NCBI GenBank assembly: GCA_964247055.1
Contig: OZ176052.1
Span: 11,718,001 to 11,782,000, forward strand
From: Paragordius varius
Lineage: Eukaryota > Animalia > Nematomorpha
Length of the DNA stretch: 64,000 nucleotides
Direction of reading: 5' to 3'
The notes under the pieces are model-generated. The model was not told the origin of the DNA. It did not search any database and saw only the letters and a list, made by a program, of their open reading frames with translations. Of the stretch, positions 60,920 through 64,000 are shown in pieces. Position numbers and translations under genes: made by a program. Position 1 is the stretch's first letter, and each line of letters begins with the position of its first letter.

Positions 60920-63900
60920 CAATCGGGCCTAAGATATCTCGGATTTCTGGAGATCAAAAACTGTGTTATATTTGAATAATATTTGAGATGGTGGATAGGG
61001 AAGATATGTCGCATAATTTTAAGTATATTAAAAACCTTGATACCTTGGAAAAACGATTGGTAATATCTCGGATAATCTTAGGGGTAATGAAAACCCTGAT
61101 ACCTCGGATAATAGAAAAGTATCTGGGATAATGTTAAGGATATTGAAAACCGTGGTACCTTGGATATACACATGCAGATATATCGGATGATTTAAAAGAT
61201 ATTGAAAACCGTGGCACCTTGAATAAACGCGTGAAGATATCTCGCACAATTTTAAGGATACTGAAAACCATGATACCATGGATAAACGGGTGAAGTTATC
61301 TCGGATGACTTTAAAAATGTTGAAAATCATGATACCTTGGATAATAGGGTAAAGATATATCGGATAATTTTAAGGATATATAAAAGCCTGATACTTTGGA
61401 TAAACACATGAAGATATATCGGAGGATTTCATGCATATTTAAAACGCTGACTTGGATAAACGCGTGAAGATATCTCGAATAATTTTAAGGATACAGAAAA
61501 CCATTTTACCTTAGATAAACGGGTGAATATATCTCGTAGGGTATTAAGGTTATTGAAAACCGTGGTACCTTGGATAAACAGATGAAGATATCTCGGGGGA
61601 ATTTAAGGATACTGAAAACTATGATACCTTGGATAAACGTGTGAAGATATCTCGGGGATTTTAAGGATATCGAAAACCATAATACCTGGGATAAACGCTT
61701 GATATCTCGGATAATTTTAGGTTGAAAAGATTGATACCTTAATAATAGGCAGATATCTCGAATAATGTTAAGGATATTGAAATCCCTGATACCTCTGATA
61801 ATAGGGACACATCGGATAATGTTAAGAATAAGAAAACCATGGTACCTTGGATAAACGCGGGAAGATATCTCGGATAACTTTAAGGATATTGAAAAGCCTG
61901 AACTTTGGATAAACACATGAAGATATATGGGATGATTTAAAAGATATTAAAAACCCTGACTTGAATAATAGGATGAAGATATCTCGGATAATTTTAAGGA
62001 TATTGAAAACCATGATACCTTGGATAAACGAATGAAGAAATCTCGGATAATTTCATGCATATTTAAAAGGATACCTTGGATAAACGCGCGAAGATATGTG
62101 GGATAATTTTAAGGATACTGAAAACCATGATACCTTGGATAAACGGGTGAATATATCTCGGAGGGTATTTAGGATATTGAGAGCCATGGTACCTTGGATA
62201 AACAGATGATGATATCTCGGAGGGTATTAAGGATATTGAAAACCGTGGTAGGTTGGATAAATGCGTTAAGATATCTCGGACAATTCAAAGGATACTGAAA
62301 ATCATGATATCTTAGACAAACGGGTGAAATATCTCGGGGGATTTTAAGGATACTGAAAACCATGATACCTTGGATCGGGTGAAGATATCTCGGGGGATTT
62401 TAGGATACTGAAAACCATGATACTTTAGATAAACGGGTGAATATATCTCGGAGGGTATTAAGGATATTGAAAACCGTGGTACCTTGGATAAACGCGTGAA
62501 GATATATCAAATAATTTTAAGGATACAGGAAACCATGGTACCTTGGATAAACGGGTGAAGATATCTCGGGGGATTTTAGGATACTGAAAACCATGATACC
62601 TTGGATCGGGTGAAGATATCTCGGAGGATTTTAAGGATATTGAAAACCATGATACCTTGGATAAACGGGTGAAGATATCTCGGGGGATTTTAAGGATACT
62701 AAAAACCATGATACCTTGGATCGGGTGAAGATATCTCGAGGGATTTTAAGGATATTGAAAACCATGGTACCTTGGATAAACGGGTGAAGATATCTCGGGG
62801 GATTTTAGGATACTGAAAACCATGATACCTTGGATAAACGGGTGAAGATATCTCGGGGGATTTTAGGATACTGAAAACCATGATACCTTGGATCGGGTGA
62901 AGATATCTCGGGGGATTTTAAGGATATTGAAAACCATGGTACCTTGGATAAACGGGTGAAGATATATCGGGGGATTTTAGGATACTGAAAACCATGATAC
63001 CTTGGATAAACGGGTGAAGATATCTCGGGGGATTTTAGGATACTGAAAACCATGATACCTTAGATCGGGTGAAGACATCTCGGGGGATTTTAGGATACTG
63101 AAAACCATGATACCTTGGATCGGGTGAAGATATGTCGGGGGATTTTAGGATACTGAAAACCATGATACCTTGGATCGGGTGAAGATATCTCGGGGGATTT
63201 TAAGGATATTGAAAACCATGGTACCTTGGATAAACGGGTGAAGATATCTCGGGGGATTTTAGGATACTGAAAACCATGATACCTTGGATCGGGTGAAGAT
63301 ATCTCGGGGGATTTTAGGATACTGAAAACCATGATACCTTGGATCGGGTGAAGATATCTCGGGGGATTTTAGGATACTGAAAACCATGATACCTTGGATC
63401 GGGTGAAGATATCTCGGGGGATTTTAAGGATATTGAAAACCATGGTACCTTGGATAAACGGGTGAAGATATCTCGGGGGATTTTAGGATACTGAAAACCA
63501 TGATACCTTGGATCGGGTGAAGATATCTCGGGGGATTTTAAGGATATTGAAAACCATGATACCTTGGATCGGGTGAAGATATCTCGGGGGATTTTAGGAT
63601 ACTAAAAACCATGATACCTTGGATCGGGTGAAGATATCTCGGGGGATTTTAAGGATATTGAAAACCATGGTACCTTGGATAAACGGGTGAAGATATCTCG
63701 GGGGATTTTAGGATACTGAAAACCATGATACCTTGGATCGGGTGAAGATATCTCGGGGGATTTTAGGATACTGAAAACCATGATACCTTGAATCGGGTGA
63801 AGACATCTCGGGGGATTTTAGGATACTGAAAACCATGATACCTTGGATCGGGTGAAGATATCTCGGGGGATTTTAAGGATATTGAAAACCATGATACCTT

Positions 63901-64000
63901 GGATCGGGTGAAGATATCTCGGGGGATTTTAGGATACTGAAAACCATGATACCTTGGATCGGGTGAAGATATCTCGGGGGATTTTAGGATACTGAAAACC
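60920..64000 (+). repeat. Tandem satellite array of 55-59-bp monomers, running off the window edge
   Basis: Consensus GGATACTGAAAACCATGATACCTTGGAT(AAA)CGGGTGAAGATATCTCGGGGGATTTTA(A); degenerate at the left edge, nearly identical copies beyond ~62500. Confidence 0.97.

Noticed and set aside
60920-64000. CRISPR array, or repetitive protein-coding ORFs on the minus strand (61028-63332)
   Set aside because: Monomers are head-to-tail with no unique spacers and no cas genes, in a eukaryotic context. Monomer lengths of 55, 56, 58 and 59 bp do not preserve frame, so the ORFs are chance translations of the satellite.

Overview
Very AT-rich (roughly 25% GC by eye) eukaryotic nuclear DNA from a metazoan, judged by its Jun, RalGDS, MRL and CC2D1 homologues. 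The species cannot be identified from the sequence alone. Ten intron-containing or single-exon genes can be reconstructed by hand, in strictly alternating orientation: SAS10/UTP3 3' end (+), PDCD2L (-), a small coiled-coil gene largely missed by the ORF track (+), an orphan 2-TM PPxY protein (-), DHX35 (+), RalGDS/RGL (-), CC2D1/Lgd (+), a second orphan 2-TM PPxY protein (-), an MRL-family adaptor (RIAM/lamellipodin/MIG-10) (+) and Jun (-). Introns and intergenic DNA carry hAT MITEs, a defective 1.8-kb hAT transposon, two TTAA-flanked piggyBac-like MITE families, a foldback MITE family, non-autonomous Helitrons, a mariner relic and two RTE-clade LINE insertions. The last ~3.1 kb is a 55-59-bp satellite array. 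Main highlights: (1) at least 12 ultra-short GT-AG introns of 22-30 nt in six genes, several fixed by invariant protein motifs (one splits the DHX35 Walker A motif), with atypical splice signals and coexisting with ordinary long introns; (2) both TSD-flanked RTE insertions have a 5'-inverted (twin-priming-type) structure; (3) perfect strand alternation of ten genes, with very tight tail-to-tail junctions in two pairs. All gene models are manual and lack transcript support.
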